Position numbers and translations under genes: made by a program. A stretch of DNA of 64,000 bases from Marsupella aquatica (Eukaryota > Plantae > Marchantiophyta), in NCBI GenBank assembly GCA_973895155.1, contig OZ316895.1, forward strand, positions 18,051,880 through 18,115,879. Direction: 5' to 3'. Below are positions 13,074 to 25,605 of this stretch, one piece after another. The notes under the pieces were generated by a model, which had not been told where the DNA came from, made no database searches, and saw only the letters and a program-made list of their open reading frames with translations. Position 1 is the first letter of the stretch. The number at the start of each line of letters is the position of its first letter.

Positions 13074-15770
13074 TGTGACGCCAATGACATGGTCCTTATT
13101 CTATAATCTGATTAACTAGGCTGTTGTATGCAAGGAGTAGCTATTGATATTGCATAACAATTAGCAAGCTGGCAAGAATAAGGGCAATCATGGCGTTAAG
13201 AGTAGGGATAAATGTATTTAAGCTTGAAGACTGCACAACCAAGGCAGACACAATTGAGGTAGTCATTGTCAAGGCCACAAAGGAGAAACTGGGGAAGAGA
13301 GGATTCAGCTCTTCAAGCATACCATCTTCTTGACAAGCAAGATGGAGCATGGAGGCTCTTCAAGATGCCGGTACGGAGGTAGGCGTGGTAATTCAAGGAA
13401 GCGAGTCTCCATAGCTGAATATGAAGTTGTGGGGTATGGTGATTGTGCTCAAGATGAAATCTAAATGTCTTGGGTGTGTAGCTTCATTTTGTTAGTTAGG
13501 TTAGTGGTTCATAGGCTAGTCTTAGAATGTTAGGGAAATAAAAGGCTATGTCGCGGGTGGTCGGCGACCATATCTCATTCAATACGTCACCAAATCCGGA
13601 TCTGCAAAGAGCATTGGAAAGATCTGGTCAAGGCGAGTAAATTCGATATAAAACACTCAAGAAACGGAGGTGTATTAAGGAAGATATGGCCTGATTAGTG
13701 TGACAGGTTAACTTGTGGCCGGAATTAGCGGATTCGGCTTCGGTTTCGGGTTAACCTAAGCTCGGCCACGGCTTAGCTTATGTGAGCATGGCTTCAGCTT
13801 AGCTCATGTAAGCACGGCTTCAGCTTAGCTCAGGTCAGCCTAGCTTCAGCTTAGGCTTAACCCGGGTTCGGATTAGATTGATCCCGGGTTAGACTGAACT
13901 CGGGTTTGCCTAAACTCGGGCTTGGGTTAGCATAGGTAAGTTCGGGTTCGGGCTCAGCTTAGCCTAGGTTAGTGGGTAGCGGCCTAACCCGAGACCACGG
14001 GTTAGCTCTACTCGGGTTAGCTATGTAACTCGGGTTAGCATAGCAGTGAGTACCCCCTCTCGGTTGCGGGGGCATAACTTTCTCTATATTTGCCCAAATC
14101 GGCTATAATTGACCTTGTTGGAAAGAGGAGCTCAAGCTGCTTCCAACGCTGCTATCCACGCAGCAAATGGTTGAATAGAGAAATCGGGAGAGGAGGCACA
14201 AGCTCACAAAAACCATGGAGGAGGGCCAAATCCAAAGTACATAGTCAATTCGAGATAGAAATAAAGTTGCGAGTTAGGGTTCAGTAGTTAGAGATAGTGG
14301 CGGCTCTATTAGGGCTGGGATGGGGCTCCAGCAGCATAGTATCCACCCATTTGGGCTCAGTATGAGAGTATATAGAGCAGCCCCCCCGGTAGAGGCAGGG
14401 GGACTTCAGTTGTGTGATCTCATGTAGACTGAGCAACAGGGAGGAGCTCTGTGCAAGGAAGGCTGGGCTTGGAAGCTGTGTACGGGGGAGAGCTTGGTTG
14501 TGCTATTACTCAAGGAGTAATCAGCCACGCTTCACAGCAACAGTTGGCCAGTTTTGCAAGCTAGATTGTGGCTCTTTCTAGTAGGCAACACAACTGGGTT
14601 TTTTTCCCCCGATACAGAGCCTTGGTGATAGGTGATGTGTTGGTGATTGTAAACTGTGGGGAGGATTTCAATTCAATTTGCGGTGAGCACATTAGGAAGG
14701 CTGAGACACTGATTGAGGGGTAGCAGGAGGAACATTTACAGTTCAGTCTGGCAAGGCTACGTGATCCATGGGGAGTCCCGACCGTTGTCTGGTAGAGAGC
14801 ACTAAGGGATTTATGGCCAGGGCTGAGCTTGCAAGGCAAGCATGAGGCCGGGCCTCATTATAGTCTGGGGTAGATAGCCGTTAGGCCTGGTACCAGCTTT
14901 GAAGTCGAGTCAACTGTGCATGCGTAACTTGACATTATGAAATGGAGGTGTGAGATCTGTACGTGTCCCCAAGAATGAAGTTGCAGTGAAGGAGGTTGAG
15001 TTCAGGATTGAGTTTGCAAGGCAAGTACGGGATTGGTTCGAGTCCAATCTGCCGTCGCAATCTGGAGTGAGCCAGGCTCAGGTTCAGGTTTGAGCTTGCA
15101 TGGCAAGCACGAGGCTTGCAGGGCAAGCACGTCGCAATCTGGAGGAGACAGCCTTCGGGCCTATTGTTCGGATCAAGTGTTCTCAGTGAACTATTGTGTG
15201 CACACCTTTGAATCTAATTGAGTTTTCCTCTCAGGCCTCATTTCTCTCATGGATGTGTGTGTGTGTGAGGCAATCTGAGTGTATGATGGGACTAGCAGTG
15301 CCATTGAGAGGTGTACCAGGTGCATCAAAGTGGGTTGGGTGAGGGCTATCACAGCTCTAATTGCTGATAGTGGAATGGCAGAGTGGTGGGGCAATGGCTT
15401 AGAAGTCCCTAAGCCAAGAATCAGTCAGGAGTCACTGGTTTATGGGTATATTCCGACGGCAGAATAGAAATATACCTACGACAGTAAGCATATGTATAGA
15501 CATATGCGCACCGTAGCGCTAGGGCCCTATGTGTACGAGCCCAATATGAAGACCCCTTCTCACTAGAACTACCATGAGCACAGGATCTGATTCCCAACCT
15601 TGGTTCCTAGGGATTGAGCTTGGGTGATGTGTGACAGAGTCTTGCTATGATAGTCTGGTGTTAAGGGCATAAACTGGTGTTTACCGGCCTTCACAACATC
15701 CCTTCGTGATCCTCAGGTACAAGGAGATAGTGACATTTTTGGTGTTAAGACCCATGTCAATCGCGTGACA
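13074..15770 (+). mobile_element. 2697-bp solo LTR (third family) inserted in element B gag
   Basis: Termini TGTGACGCC...GCGTGACA with a CGCAT TSD at 13069-13073 and 15771-15775. Removing it restores FKTRVHAWCSKC in gag. Confidence 0.85.
13735..14045. repeat. Degenerate short-repeat and palindrome cluster inside the solo LTR
   Basis: Repeated GGCTTCAGCTTAGC and CTCGGGTTAG units. Confidence 0.65.
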
Positions 15771-16611
15771 CGCATGCACTCGGGTTTTGAATGGCTTCTT
15801 CTTCTCCACGGGCTTCTCTGCAAGATGTACCGACAATGCTTTAAGGCAATCAGTGATTTTGTTGAGCTTGTCTGTTTCAGCAGCTTTAGAATCTGGTATC
15901 GTTCTTTGAACACGAGGTTTGATTTTCTCTTCCTTCTTAGCGCGCCGCTTCTTCTTCTTGCTTTGGGTCTCGCTCTGCAAATTACTACCCGATGCGCTTG
16001 AGGTGGAGGAGCCACTGGTCAAAGTTGAATCCAAACTAGACCCTGTCTCCAAAATGGACAAGGTCGAACGATGTTTCTTCTTCTTCTTACGCCTCTTCTT
16101 CTTCTCGTCGTCTGATTCAGAGTTAGTGTCACTAAAGGTCTTGTACTTGCTCTTTTTATGTCATGCCCATTGGCTTCATCAGGAGTTATAGGTGGACTCC
16201 CTGTATGTCTCTATGGCTGGCTGCATTGAAATTGGGTTATTCTGGCATACCCAAAATTGCATATTTGTGGGCAATCCGTGTAGAAACCACGTAAGTTGGA
16301 GCGCATCGCCTGGCTTGGGCCGGATCTTGGCCGCAAGTTTCTGGAACTTTTGAATATTTTTTTGCAAGGACTCCTTCTTTCCATGCGAAGCTGACCAATC
16401 GTCAACAAGGAACGCTGCTCTGCTCCAATGGCACGAAACTCTTGTAACAACGTGGCCTGGAACTGTGGCCATGTAATCCCGGGTTGTACCATGGATGAGC
16501 TTCTCCCTGCATTACTCCGGTAAGAATGGTCAACTTAATGGCATCCTCTCCGTTGGCCTTAGCAGTGGCTTCAAACTCATCCAACCATTCATCCAGATCG
16601 TCCCCATGGTC

Positions 16612-16841
16612 AACGTCCTTTGAAAGGTCAATAATGAAACCGTGATCGTTGTGATACCCCTGGGCCCTTAGTCTTAACTAATACATGGAGGACGTGAGAA
16701 CGCTCAAAGGGTAGTTTTGATTCATTTTGAACTAATAATTATAATTATTATCGGTAATAAGGGAACTTTTAATGGTAAAATGGAAATAACAAGGGGTAAA
16801 TACGAAAAGGGCCCGATCGCAAGGGGTCCGCTTATTTTACA
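16612..16841 (-). mobile_element. Truncated AT-rich insertion (probable LTR fragment) in element B gag
   Basis: An AT-rich block breaks gag. On the minus strand it starts TGTAAAATAAG at 16841; the other end and a TSD were not found. Confidence 0.4.
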
Positions 16842-17573
16842 CAGTGAGGGCCCGAGGTGTGATACTTGTGGGGGAGCTTGGGCCACACGAGCCACAGCCG
16901 GAGGGGCTGCCGCCATGGGTACCGGTGGCGGAGGTGGCACTGGCGGTGGTGCAGTAGGGGCCGGACCAGGACCTGCTAGACCGAATCCCGAAGGTCCTGG
17001 TGGTATTTCATCTGTCGAGGCGATTGTGCGTCCTCCGATTGTGAAGATTTGGAACTTGTTGTGGTTGCACTTTCTCGCTCACTTGTCAATCTCCTCAAGT
17101 AAGTCGCTTGAGAACAAGTGACAGGCATCTACTCTTATAAATGTAATGGTTAGCAACTATCTGGGGCCCAAGGTCCTGTGATCAGGTACAAACGCACATG
17201 TGTCCATTCTACTATACTTAGAAAGCCCTAGCGAGCTTAGTCATACCCTCCCTCCTTGGTGTTCTTTTACTCACAAAGGCCGGGGCTCCCCGCACATCCT
17301 ACGGATACCCGGTTTTGAAACTAAAATCCCCCTTGCCTCTACCGGGGGATGCACTAAATACTAAGAGCCGGGGTTAGAATGACCACATGCTTGAATCTAT
17401 GCTATCTAAGATTCTAAACTCTGCTAACTGTTAGGCTGTAAAATGGCATGTCTTATTCTAAGATTCTAGCTACTAAGGTTGGTCGGATAGGACAGTGCTG
17501 CTAACTAGTTTTGGCGCTTGTCCTTATCGTTTGACTATCCTACTCCTAATGCTATTCTAACCCTATCCCGCCG

Positions 17574-20189
17574 CTAATGTCTGGTTTGCTTGCCAGACCC
17601 GCCCGAGTTGGATTTGGAGCGGCCATCCCGCTGCCTTCTGAGCCGGTCGGCATCCTGCTTGAGCAGCTGGACCTGGTCCAACAGAGATTTGTTCTCTCGC
17701 TTTGCCGCGTCGGTCTCCTCCGTGGCTTCCTGGCACGCCTCTTCCAGTTGCAAGGCGTCACTCGTCATCTTGTCCACCAACTGGGCCTGCTTTGTGGCTT
17801 CTCCTTGAAGCCGTGCCACTTCCGCCTTCAGGGCGTCTATCTCGGTTGTGTCCCACTGGGCCCGAGCGTTGGCCTCCTCCACATCCTTTTGCCAGATGAT
17901 GGCTTGTCCCTTCAAGCCGTCAATTTGGGTTTGGAGCCGTGCAATCTTGGCATCCTTTCCTGCTCCATCCTGCTCTGCCACGGCTGCCTGGGCCCTAGCT
18001 TCTACCACCTAATCTTCAGTGGCCGCTACCTGAGGTCAAAGCAGTTGGAGTTTGATCTCTCGGGCTGACACTTTGCCTTTCGGGTGGGTAGACTCAAGCC
18101 AATACCGCTCTATCCTCTGCGTAGCCTCAGCCTGCACATGCCTTGCTTGCACGGCTGCAACCAATTCTTGGTTGAAGAAGTAGGCCACCTTCCGTGCCAT
18201 GTACTCCCCGGTATCCCGTGCAATTTTTTGGGAGAAGTCTCCCAGCAACCCATTCAAATACGTGCCTGGTGCAAAGAGTTCTGGGTACTCTAGACTATGC
18301 CCATCCGGGTTTGGGCAAGGGCAAACCTCAGCTTGCACGGGAGTCAGAGTGGTGACATCCAGTCCTTGAAATATGTCAGTAGAGGGGGCTGGGTTTGCAC
18401 GGGATGGGTGGTTCTCCTGGACAGCCGTGGAGGGTAACGGAGTGTCCTCCGTATCTGTAGTCTCGGGTCCGGGACCAGCCTCTGCCAACCCGGCCTCGAT
18501 TGCGCTGGCCTGGTTCATAGAATCTAGGGTCATGATAACCGCATTGTCCGGTAAAGACGGAGGGGCAGCAGCTGCTGGTTGTTGGGCCAGGGTAGTCGTG
18601 GGCCTCACGACCGCCGGACTTCTGGCCTCGGGCTGGAGTCGCCTTTCCTGGGCCGGGAATACCCACCTTGATGGGGTTAGCTCGGGCTCGTTGATCCGAG
18701 GGAGGCTTCGGCGGTCCAAACGAGCGTACCACTTGATGATGATTTTGATGTGGCTAGCCAGGTACGCCTTCCCGCCAAGGTACAAAGTCTTCCTTTGCCG
18801 CTCCATCTCCTTGTGGAACTTCTTGACGAAGAAAGAGGCCCACTTCCTAGGCCGGTAGTTCTTGACCTGGATGACTTGGGCGGCGGATATTTTGCCCCTT
18901 GGTTCCATCATGTGGAGGGCGTACCTCTGGAATTCCAGACACTTTGCTACCTCTGGGATGAGGCATGTCCTCATCAAGAATCCGTTGTCCATTGCTCCTT
19001 CAGCCGGGAAGCTAGAGGACTGATACTTGGCTCCTTTGCCCCCGGGAGCTTGTGACTCCACCCAATTTATTCCTTTGGGTAGGCCAAAGATCATCTTAAG
19101 CCGTTCCTCATTGAGGGACATCACTCTCCTGTGCGCATGGGTTTGTTGGCGGGCTTTGTCAAAGTTTTGGATGAACTCCGTCATGTCCTGCCCGTAGTAC
19201 CTGCTTCCATTCCAAGGGAGAGAGGCAAGGTGTTCAAACCCTTGGGTCTTTAGGTAGCATGCATGCTTAGGGTGTAGAATGTTCTTGTGGACATTCTCCC
19301 CAATGCGATGCATGGTCAACTTGGCCACCGCAACCGTGGCCAAAGACAGCCCTGATACGGCTGCGGGTTCCTTTCTCTTCCTACCCCGAGACTGGTTCAC
19401 GGGGTGACTTGAAGAGGGGGACATCTCCCCATCCTCTCTATCGGGCGGCGGCAGCGCTACCGCTGTAAGCACTGGTGCTGGGGCTGCCACTGTCACTGTG
19501 TTATCCACCCGGGCTTGTGTGGGTGGTGTCAGGTTGCCCGGTGCATGCTGATTTGCACCTCAAGGTCGCCGGTTTAGGGGAGGGTGAGCTTCCTCATCTT
19601 TGGAACTGATGTTCACCACGTTTACCACGGATTGCACCCAGAGGGGTGGTGCGACCGGTGGTGGAGAACAGCTTGGCTGAGGCCAAGGTGGTGTTGGTGC
19701 GGGCACCAATGAGTTGGCGATGGTTGTAGTTGGAGGATGCGCCATAAGATTCAGGAAGTCTGAGGGGAAGCCGAGTGAGGTCAGGATAGATGCCTCACCC
19801 GTAGCTGCGGTACCAAACTGATGGTCTATGGAAGCCTGGACTTTGGCGGGGATATGATTGAAGTGGTGTCACTATAAGTTGATCGTGCCCGAGAGTGTGA
19901 AGACCTTGTCCGGAAGCCAAAGGAGTGCTTCCTAGAAACCAACATACTTTGGGCCGTCAAAGAAGTATTTGGAGATCTTGTTGGCTCAATAGAGCTCGCT
20001 TTGGAATGAGAGGTTGAAATCGCCATTATAGTGAGAGCGTCCGGCCAGGCGGATGAGTCGTTCGTACTGCCTTTCGGTTTTGTACCAGCGCGGGTTGACC
20101 TCGGCCAACGACTTTGCTAAATGATTTCCGATGGATAGAAATTGAAGCCAAAACCAAAGGGCAGAACTAGACATAATAGTGACAGACAT
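17574..20189 (-). pseudogene. Family-B LTR-encoded ~870-codon ORF, broken only by in-frame stops
   Basis: ORFs 19986-20189, 19560-19745, 18036-19508 and 17574-18008 are all in one frame and separated by TGA/TAG stops; several of these are sense codons in the other LTR. Confidence 0.85.
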
Positions 20190-20290
20190 ACAGGGAATGG
20201 CGGTGGATGACTAAAGAGCAAATGAGCAAGTTGGGATCAAAGCTGGCATGACGGGTGAAATGCTCGTGCTTTGCAAGAGAATGGCCCGCC

Positions 20291-20297
20291 TTTTATA
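20291..20297 (-). promoter_or_regulatory. TATA box candidate upstream of the family-B LTR ORF
   Basis: TATAAAAG about 100 nt upstream of ATG 20189, conserved at 7891-7897 in the other LTR. Confidence 0.5.
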
Positions 20298-20654
20298 CCC
20301 TGAGGGGTCGTCGGCCGAATGGTCCCTTCCTCCTTTTGATAGGCCAATCCTTGCACGCTTGCAGTGTACCGGCCACTCTGCAGGTCCGGGTTAGCGTGTC
20401 AGCGAGCCGCCCCCTTGAGTCTTTATAAGGACCCAAGGGGACATCCCCACACGCATGTAACCCCGGGGTACGAATGGCGCTCCGCCGCCAGCCCGAGCGT
20501 AAATGCTCCTTATTGACTAATGATGTCCTAGTCATGATTACTACCTACTTTAGTGTCTTTATGCTAATTACTACGGACTACTATGTCCTTAGCGTGCGTG
20601 CTAAGCACGAAGTAGACCGGATTACTCATTAACCACCATGCTGGCCGCCTCACA

Positions 20655-21047
20655 TTCAGTAATCTACTCCTCTCTTGGATCATCTCCTCTTTAGCCTTTA
20701 TGACATCCTTCAATGCTTGGTTACTCACTTGCAGACTCCCTACCTTGGAGTTTGCTTGGTTGAGGGCCTCTCTCAAGCTCTGGCATAGCTTCAGCCCCTC
20801 CTGCACTCTCTCACAAAAATCTCATAATTTTGCCAAGTATGCTTCTGGCAAATCATAATCAAGTGGCTCCTCTGGATTCCCCACAAGTGACTCCAACCAT
20901 TCCATTGTGCTATCCTCCTTAAATAGGGTCCTCCTCCGTAATCTGCTTTGTTGTGGCCTCAAACAGTGGCTCCTTAGTCAAATCTCCCAAGATGGTCGTG
21001 GTTATCTTATGGATCTCCATGGTGAATGGTGACACGGTTTCTCCTTC
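20655..21047 (-). pseudogene. Right part of the coiled-coil ORF interrupted by element B
   Basis: LREALNQANSKVGSLQVSNQALKDVIKAKEEMIQERSRLL continues in frame at 5094. Confidence 0.5.
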
Positions 21048-22529
21048 TGGTGAGTCATGGTACTCGACTACCTTAACACTTAGCTCCGGCGTCGCTGACT
21101 CCGACGCCGAGCTCCCTTATGGTCCAGGCCCGGATAGGCCATCCGGAGAGGACTTAGCACGGGGAGACTTGTGGGCAATGAGACATGGCACTAGCGAGGC
21201 AAGGGGCCAAGCTGGGGACACACACTAAGGACTTGGACTAGCCTATGGCTGGTCGGGTCAAGGGGAAATGGGCCGGGCTCAAGCATGGCCGTCCAGACCG
21301 TCGGATGGACTTTGAGTTCTGAGGGCTTGGGAATGAGCTCCTCTTGGGCCCAAGGCCAATGGAGTTGACGCCATTGGCAACGGACGCTTGTGGCGCAAGT
21401 TGTGGCCGATCCGGGTTGGGCCGGTCGAGGTCCCCGAGCGGCGATCAGACCTGAGGGCCTAGGCATGAGCACTGGGTCGGCCCGGTCACAATGGGCTAAG
21501 GCACTCCGCTTGCGGATGCATATTAAGAAAGTTATGGGCGTTGCCAGTTGGTGGCACGCCCATTATGCGCGATGGGATCCGGGTTGGGGGCCAAATGATT
21601 AGGGACCAAATCTGGTCCGGGGGTGGCAGGTCCCCATAAGCATATATGAGGGAAGTGGTGTCTCCCTGGGGGCTAAGGGTGAGCCGAAGTCGTGAGCCGC
21701 GGCGGTCGCGACACTAAGGGAAACCGCCAAACGGAAATGGCGATATCTTCCCAAAGGGAAGCCCGTTGGAGGACTTCTTGGGTTCGTTGGAAAGCTCCTC
21801 CTGAGATCAGATGGGTCCGGGGGTGCCATGGGTTCTCGTGGTTTTTGGGTGTTAGCTCGCCCACTTGCCAAATCCTGCCGAACAGCAGCCAAGCCGCGTT
21901 CAGCCTCCCAAGGGAGCTTGCGTTGGGAAGGCAAGGCCAAGTAGGTATGGAGGCTGATTCCCAAGGGTGATCAGTCCCTAGACCACCAATGGGGAGAACC
22001 GGGAGCGGTTGCTAGAGTTGGGCCGTTCTGGTCCCGGCGTGTTGGGATAAGCTTGGGACAAGCTTTAGGACAAGCTACGCTATTTGGGCCATGAGCATGT
22101 CCTGAGGTCAGGGTGATCAGTTGGTGATGGATGGGTACGAGGGGGAACTTGAGCCACGCCCAAGGAAGGAGTTGTCCTGGACGGACAGTGGGCGTGGGTT
22201 CTGGTTCCGGCTTATGGCATCGGGAGGATCTATCGCTGACCTATTTACCAACATCTGGTGAGCTTGAGTTAGGATGCTAGACTTGGCGAGTTCTAGATCC
22301 GGAGGGGTTACTTATCGAGGTGCTTGGTTGCTTGTGCAGACAGTGAGGACCATTGAGTAGCGGTCGTGTAGGCAAGCAAGTGTGGCTTCGTATGGGAGGG
22401 GCCACAGGTGGTGCTAGAGGCACTCGGATGCTTGCTCGAGGTATTCTGTGGAGGCGTTTGGGCACCAAGGGCACTTAGGCGCAAGTGTTGGGATTGGTGA
22501 GGGCGCTAGGTGGTGAGGTGCACCACTTG

Positions 22530-22541
22530 TGGTATCAGAGC
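22530..22541 (+). other. Primer binding site, tRNA-iMet
   Basis: TGGTATCAGAGC. Confidence 0.9.
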
Positions 22542-22672
22542 AATTGCCGGCATAGACACCAGGCCGGGATCGTGCTAAGTCGGAATCCAAAACTCTTAAC
22601 GGTTTTTTGCGGGGACTTGGTGCTTTAGCGTGCCTGGCAGGTTGACTGCGGGCAGATTCAATCGCTAGGAAG

Positions 22673-24335
22673 ATGGCAAAAAACACTCGTGCAAAGAGTG
22701 GCAAGCAGGCTCCCCCCACCAAGGGGAGAGCCCAAGTTCATGATGAACAGAAGGAGGACGGGTCGACTTCCCTAGACGAACATTATAAGCAGGACAAAGA
22801 AGACGCAACGGCCAAACCATCGACCACTACGGCAAACACGTCAAGTGCAGAGCGCCGTCGACTTAAAGGGAAGGAGGTGACTGATCCTTCAGAGGACGGG
22901 TCGGATGATGACGACTCAGACGTAGAAGGAAGCGACGACGAAGCTGAAGCCAAAATAGAGGAAGAGGGTCAGGACCCAGAGGAGGAACTGATCCCAGCCT
23001 TGAGAGGGTTGAATGCGGAACCAGAGGATGAAGTCAAGCCGAACATCATCGTGGATAATTTGACCAAGCAGAACCAGGATGACGCGGGTGATACCTCAGT
23101 CCCGGGAGGTCATGGTGCTCGCAAGACGCGGGGGGTATCACCAAAATCCACAAGAGAACCTAAGGACAGGCAGCCCGCAAAGGAAAGACGGTTGGAGGAC
23201 CGTCCTCATACAACCCGGAAGGGCTCGGCCGCTGACGACGGTCTGGGTCCGTTGACTCAAGACCAACGACTCATCTATGAGCAGTTGGAACACAACAAGG
23301 GGGCCCAGATTAAGTACTTACTTAGTCTGGGTAGTCAGAGTGCGTTGGGTCCCGAGGGAGGAATGGTAGTTGGACGGAGTATGTTCCAAGTGAACCAGCT
23401 ACCGACTCCTCCAACTTACGACGGGGCCTATGAGCAAAGTGGACAAAAGTTCCTGAGTTGGCTCTCCACGATGGAGATTCATCTCCAAGCGTGCGTTGAG
23501 CGTTCCACTTGGGCTACCGCAGCCGCTCCTTACCTGAAGGACTATGCCTTGACTTGGTACAAGTCATTGGAAGAAGTCGCGAGAGGACTCCTCCTTGCCG
23601 TTAACTTGGGAAAACCTGGTTGAGGGTCTCCGTGCTCATGTCACCACTAAGTACCCGGAGCGGCACGCTCAGAAATGTGTAACGGAGATGAGCTTCAGGG
23701 GTGATATCCAAAAGTTCATCACTTATTACCAGAATCAGTTGGCGTGTATCCCGGTGGGACAAGAGACCCTACATACACAACTTCATAACTTTATCGTGAA
23801 GCTCCCGCCGTTGCTCAGGGAAAAGTTGCAGGAAAAGCATCATGAGTTCAAAACGCTTTCTGACGCCTTCGACAAGGCCACTACGTTAGTGAATAACCGT
23901 CCGGACTTGGCGAAGGTGGGTGGCAAGGGATCTGAGGGGGAAGCTGGGAAAGCAAAAGGTCCCGGGAATAAGCGTAAGCAACCTGAGGGGGCGGGGGCAG
24001 GGGCCGGTGGTTTGGATCCCCAGCCCCAGAATGGAGAAGCTAAGCAAAACCGGAAGGCCGACAACTTTAAGAAAGGAGCCTCATCGGCATAGAAAGCAAA
24101 GAAGCAGGCAACCATGGAGCAGAGGCGGACTGAAGGTTTGTGCTTCACATGTGGTGCCATGGGCCATCAAAGTAAGGATTGTTCCACGAAAGGTGGCAAA
24201 CCAAACGGAGATGGTGGAGGGCAGAAGAGCATTAAGGTAAGTATCGCTCTAACCAAACCCTTAGTAGCTGACAAGGTCCCTGTAGGGGATGTCCTTGATG
24301 GAGAGAGGGTGTTGTTGCGAGAGAAGATACCTAAA
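22673..24335 (+). pseudogene. gag: Gag with a frameshift, an in-frame stop and a CCHC knuckle
   Basis: PPTYDG...WLSTME...YLKDYALTWY...LTWENL, followed by RRTEGLCFTCGAMGHQSKDC. Confidence 0.85.
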
Positions 24336-25441
24336 GTTTTTTTTGTTTTAATTTTAAATTTCATTTATTCCGCGTGAACCCACCGATGGGGGAAGCAAGC
24401 AGGCCAAAAGGCAGTAGCTCCTCAAAGAGGGCAAGAAGAGCATGAAAGAAAGACCAATTATGAGTTCGTGTACCAAGGACACAAGGACCTGATAAGGCAA
24501 CCGAGCAGTCTAAATCTATCCAAAAGCCCTTAGTAAGGGTCACTATCAAACTATTCAGCAGTCCTGCCACCTGTAAACCGGCCAGATAAGCCAAACGAGG
24601 TGCTAGAGAAAGGCTTTGCTCTTCGCTTTCCCCCAAAATGATGCTATTCGCTTTCCCCCAAAAAAACAAAAAGAAAAAAGATTCTATTTGTCTGGCACCA
24701 GACCTCAAAATCCTATCGCGTTCTCCTTCCAAGAGAGAAGTAGCACCAAGTAATCGGGTGTGTTTCCGACTGGAGCCAGCTGAAGCAGCGACACCAAACA
24801 AATGATCCAAAGTCTCACAGATAGCTGAGATAGGATTGAAGACACGCTTCCAAGCAAGATCAAAGGTTTGGCCGTTCCTTGCTAGCCAGATAGACCGAAG
24901 AATCTCATATATCAGAAATGCACGTAGCAAACACAAAGGTGATCTCCTTCGGAAGGACAGAATCAAGCCGACAATAGTCACAGTCTGGACTATAAGCTGT
25001 CCATTCAGCCATCCTCTTACCTCCTCCCAACACCTGGTCGCATGCCTGCATTGAAAGAAGAGATGTGGAATTAATGGTCTCCACCACCCCACATCTCAGT
25101 ACACAAAGTCCATCAGACTTTGCAATCCGCAGGGCTCTAGAACCAGAGAAAAGGCCCTGTGCAATTATTCTCCAAATGAAAGTCTTCACCCTAGAAGATA
25201 AATCCAAAGTCCACAATGCTTGCCAGACCTCACTCCATTCAAGAACAGATAGGGATATGCTCCAGATCCTGTTTAGTCTAAGGTAATCGGATCCCTTAGT
25301 GCGCAATAATTCATAGATTCTGTGATTAGGTAATGCAAATGATTTAAGCTGAGAATCTACATCATTCCAATGCCATTTCCTTGCAGGTGAATCTAAAAAG
25401 TTTGCGTGGTAGGTAGTTCTGTGAATTGCATCAAAAAAAAG
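24336..25441 (-). mobile_element. L1-type LINE 3' part: zf-RVT region and A-rich tail
   Basis: VWQALW...RVKTFIWRI...CVLRC...HLFFQC..WEEV; the T-run at ~24336 is the poly(A) of the minus strand. Confidence 0.85.
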
Positions 25442-25446
25442 CTAGG

Positions 25447-25605
25447 TGTTATAAGGGACAAAACCCTAACCCTACTTACCCTAGAACATAGGAGGTTACA
25501 TAACCGCCATACCATGTACTACATAGGGAGAGATTTCCACTCCCACAATGCAATGAAGGAAGTGAGCTTGCTGGTGTATTGAATGTCCATGATTAATCCA
25601 TATTA
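25447..25605 (+). repeat. Copia 5' LTR
   Basis: TGTTATAAGG...CCATATTA. Confidence 0.93.

Larger units (their letters stand above)
12010..17040 (-). pseudogene. gag: Element B gag, interrupted by insertions; three CCHC zinc knuckles
   Basis: DEWLDEFEATAKANGE matches family-A gag. Knuckles are CSKCFQSGHVVQEC, CYNCEKPGHFAREC and CQVCKTEAHSMANC. Boundaries are approximate. Confidence 0.8.
5100..20654 (-). mobile_element. Ty3/Gypsy non-chromovirus LTR retrotransposon, family B, degenerate
   Basis: TG..CA termini and a TTCAG TSD at 5095-5099 and 20655-20659; two homologous LTRs; gag-PR-RT-RH-INT fragments on the minus strand; PPT AAGTAGGGAG just before the 3' LTR. Confidence 0.92.
17232..20654 (-). 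repeat. 5' LTR of element B, with its last ~550 bp and the PBS deleted
   Basis: Starts TGTGAGGCGGCC at 20654; homology to the 3' LTR stops near 17232 (equivalent to 5654). Confidence 0.88.
21048..24335 (+). mobile_element. Truncated chromovirus-like Ty3/Gypsy: LTR, PBS and gag
   Basis: GC-rich LTR-like block TGGTG..CACCA (21048-22525, left boundary uncertain), an iMet PBS, then gag cut by a LINE tail. Confidence 0.65.

Noticed and set aside
13735-14045. CRISPR-like array
   Set aside because: Irregular degenerate repeats with no unique spacers, in a eukaryotic LTR context.
15725-15745. GTGACA-TTTTTGGTG as an LTR end plus PBS
   Set aside because: The TSD places the true end at 15770, and there is no extended tRNA match or internal region.
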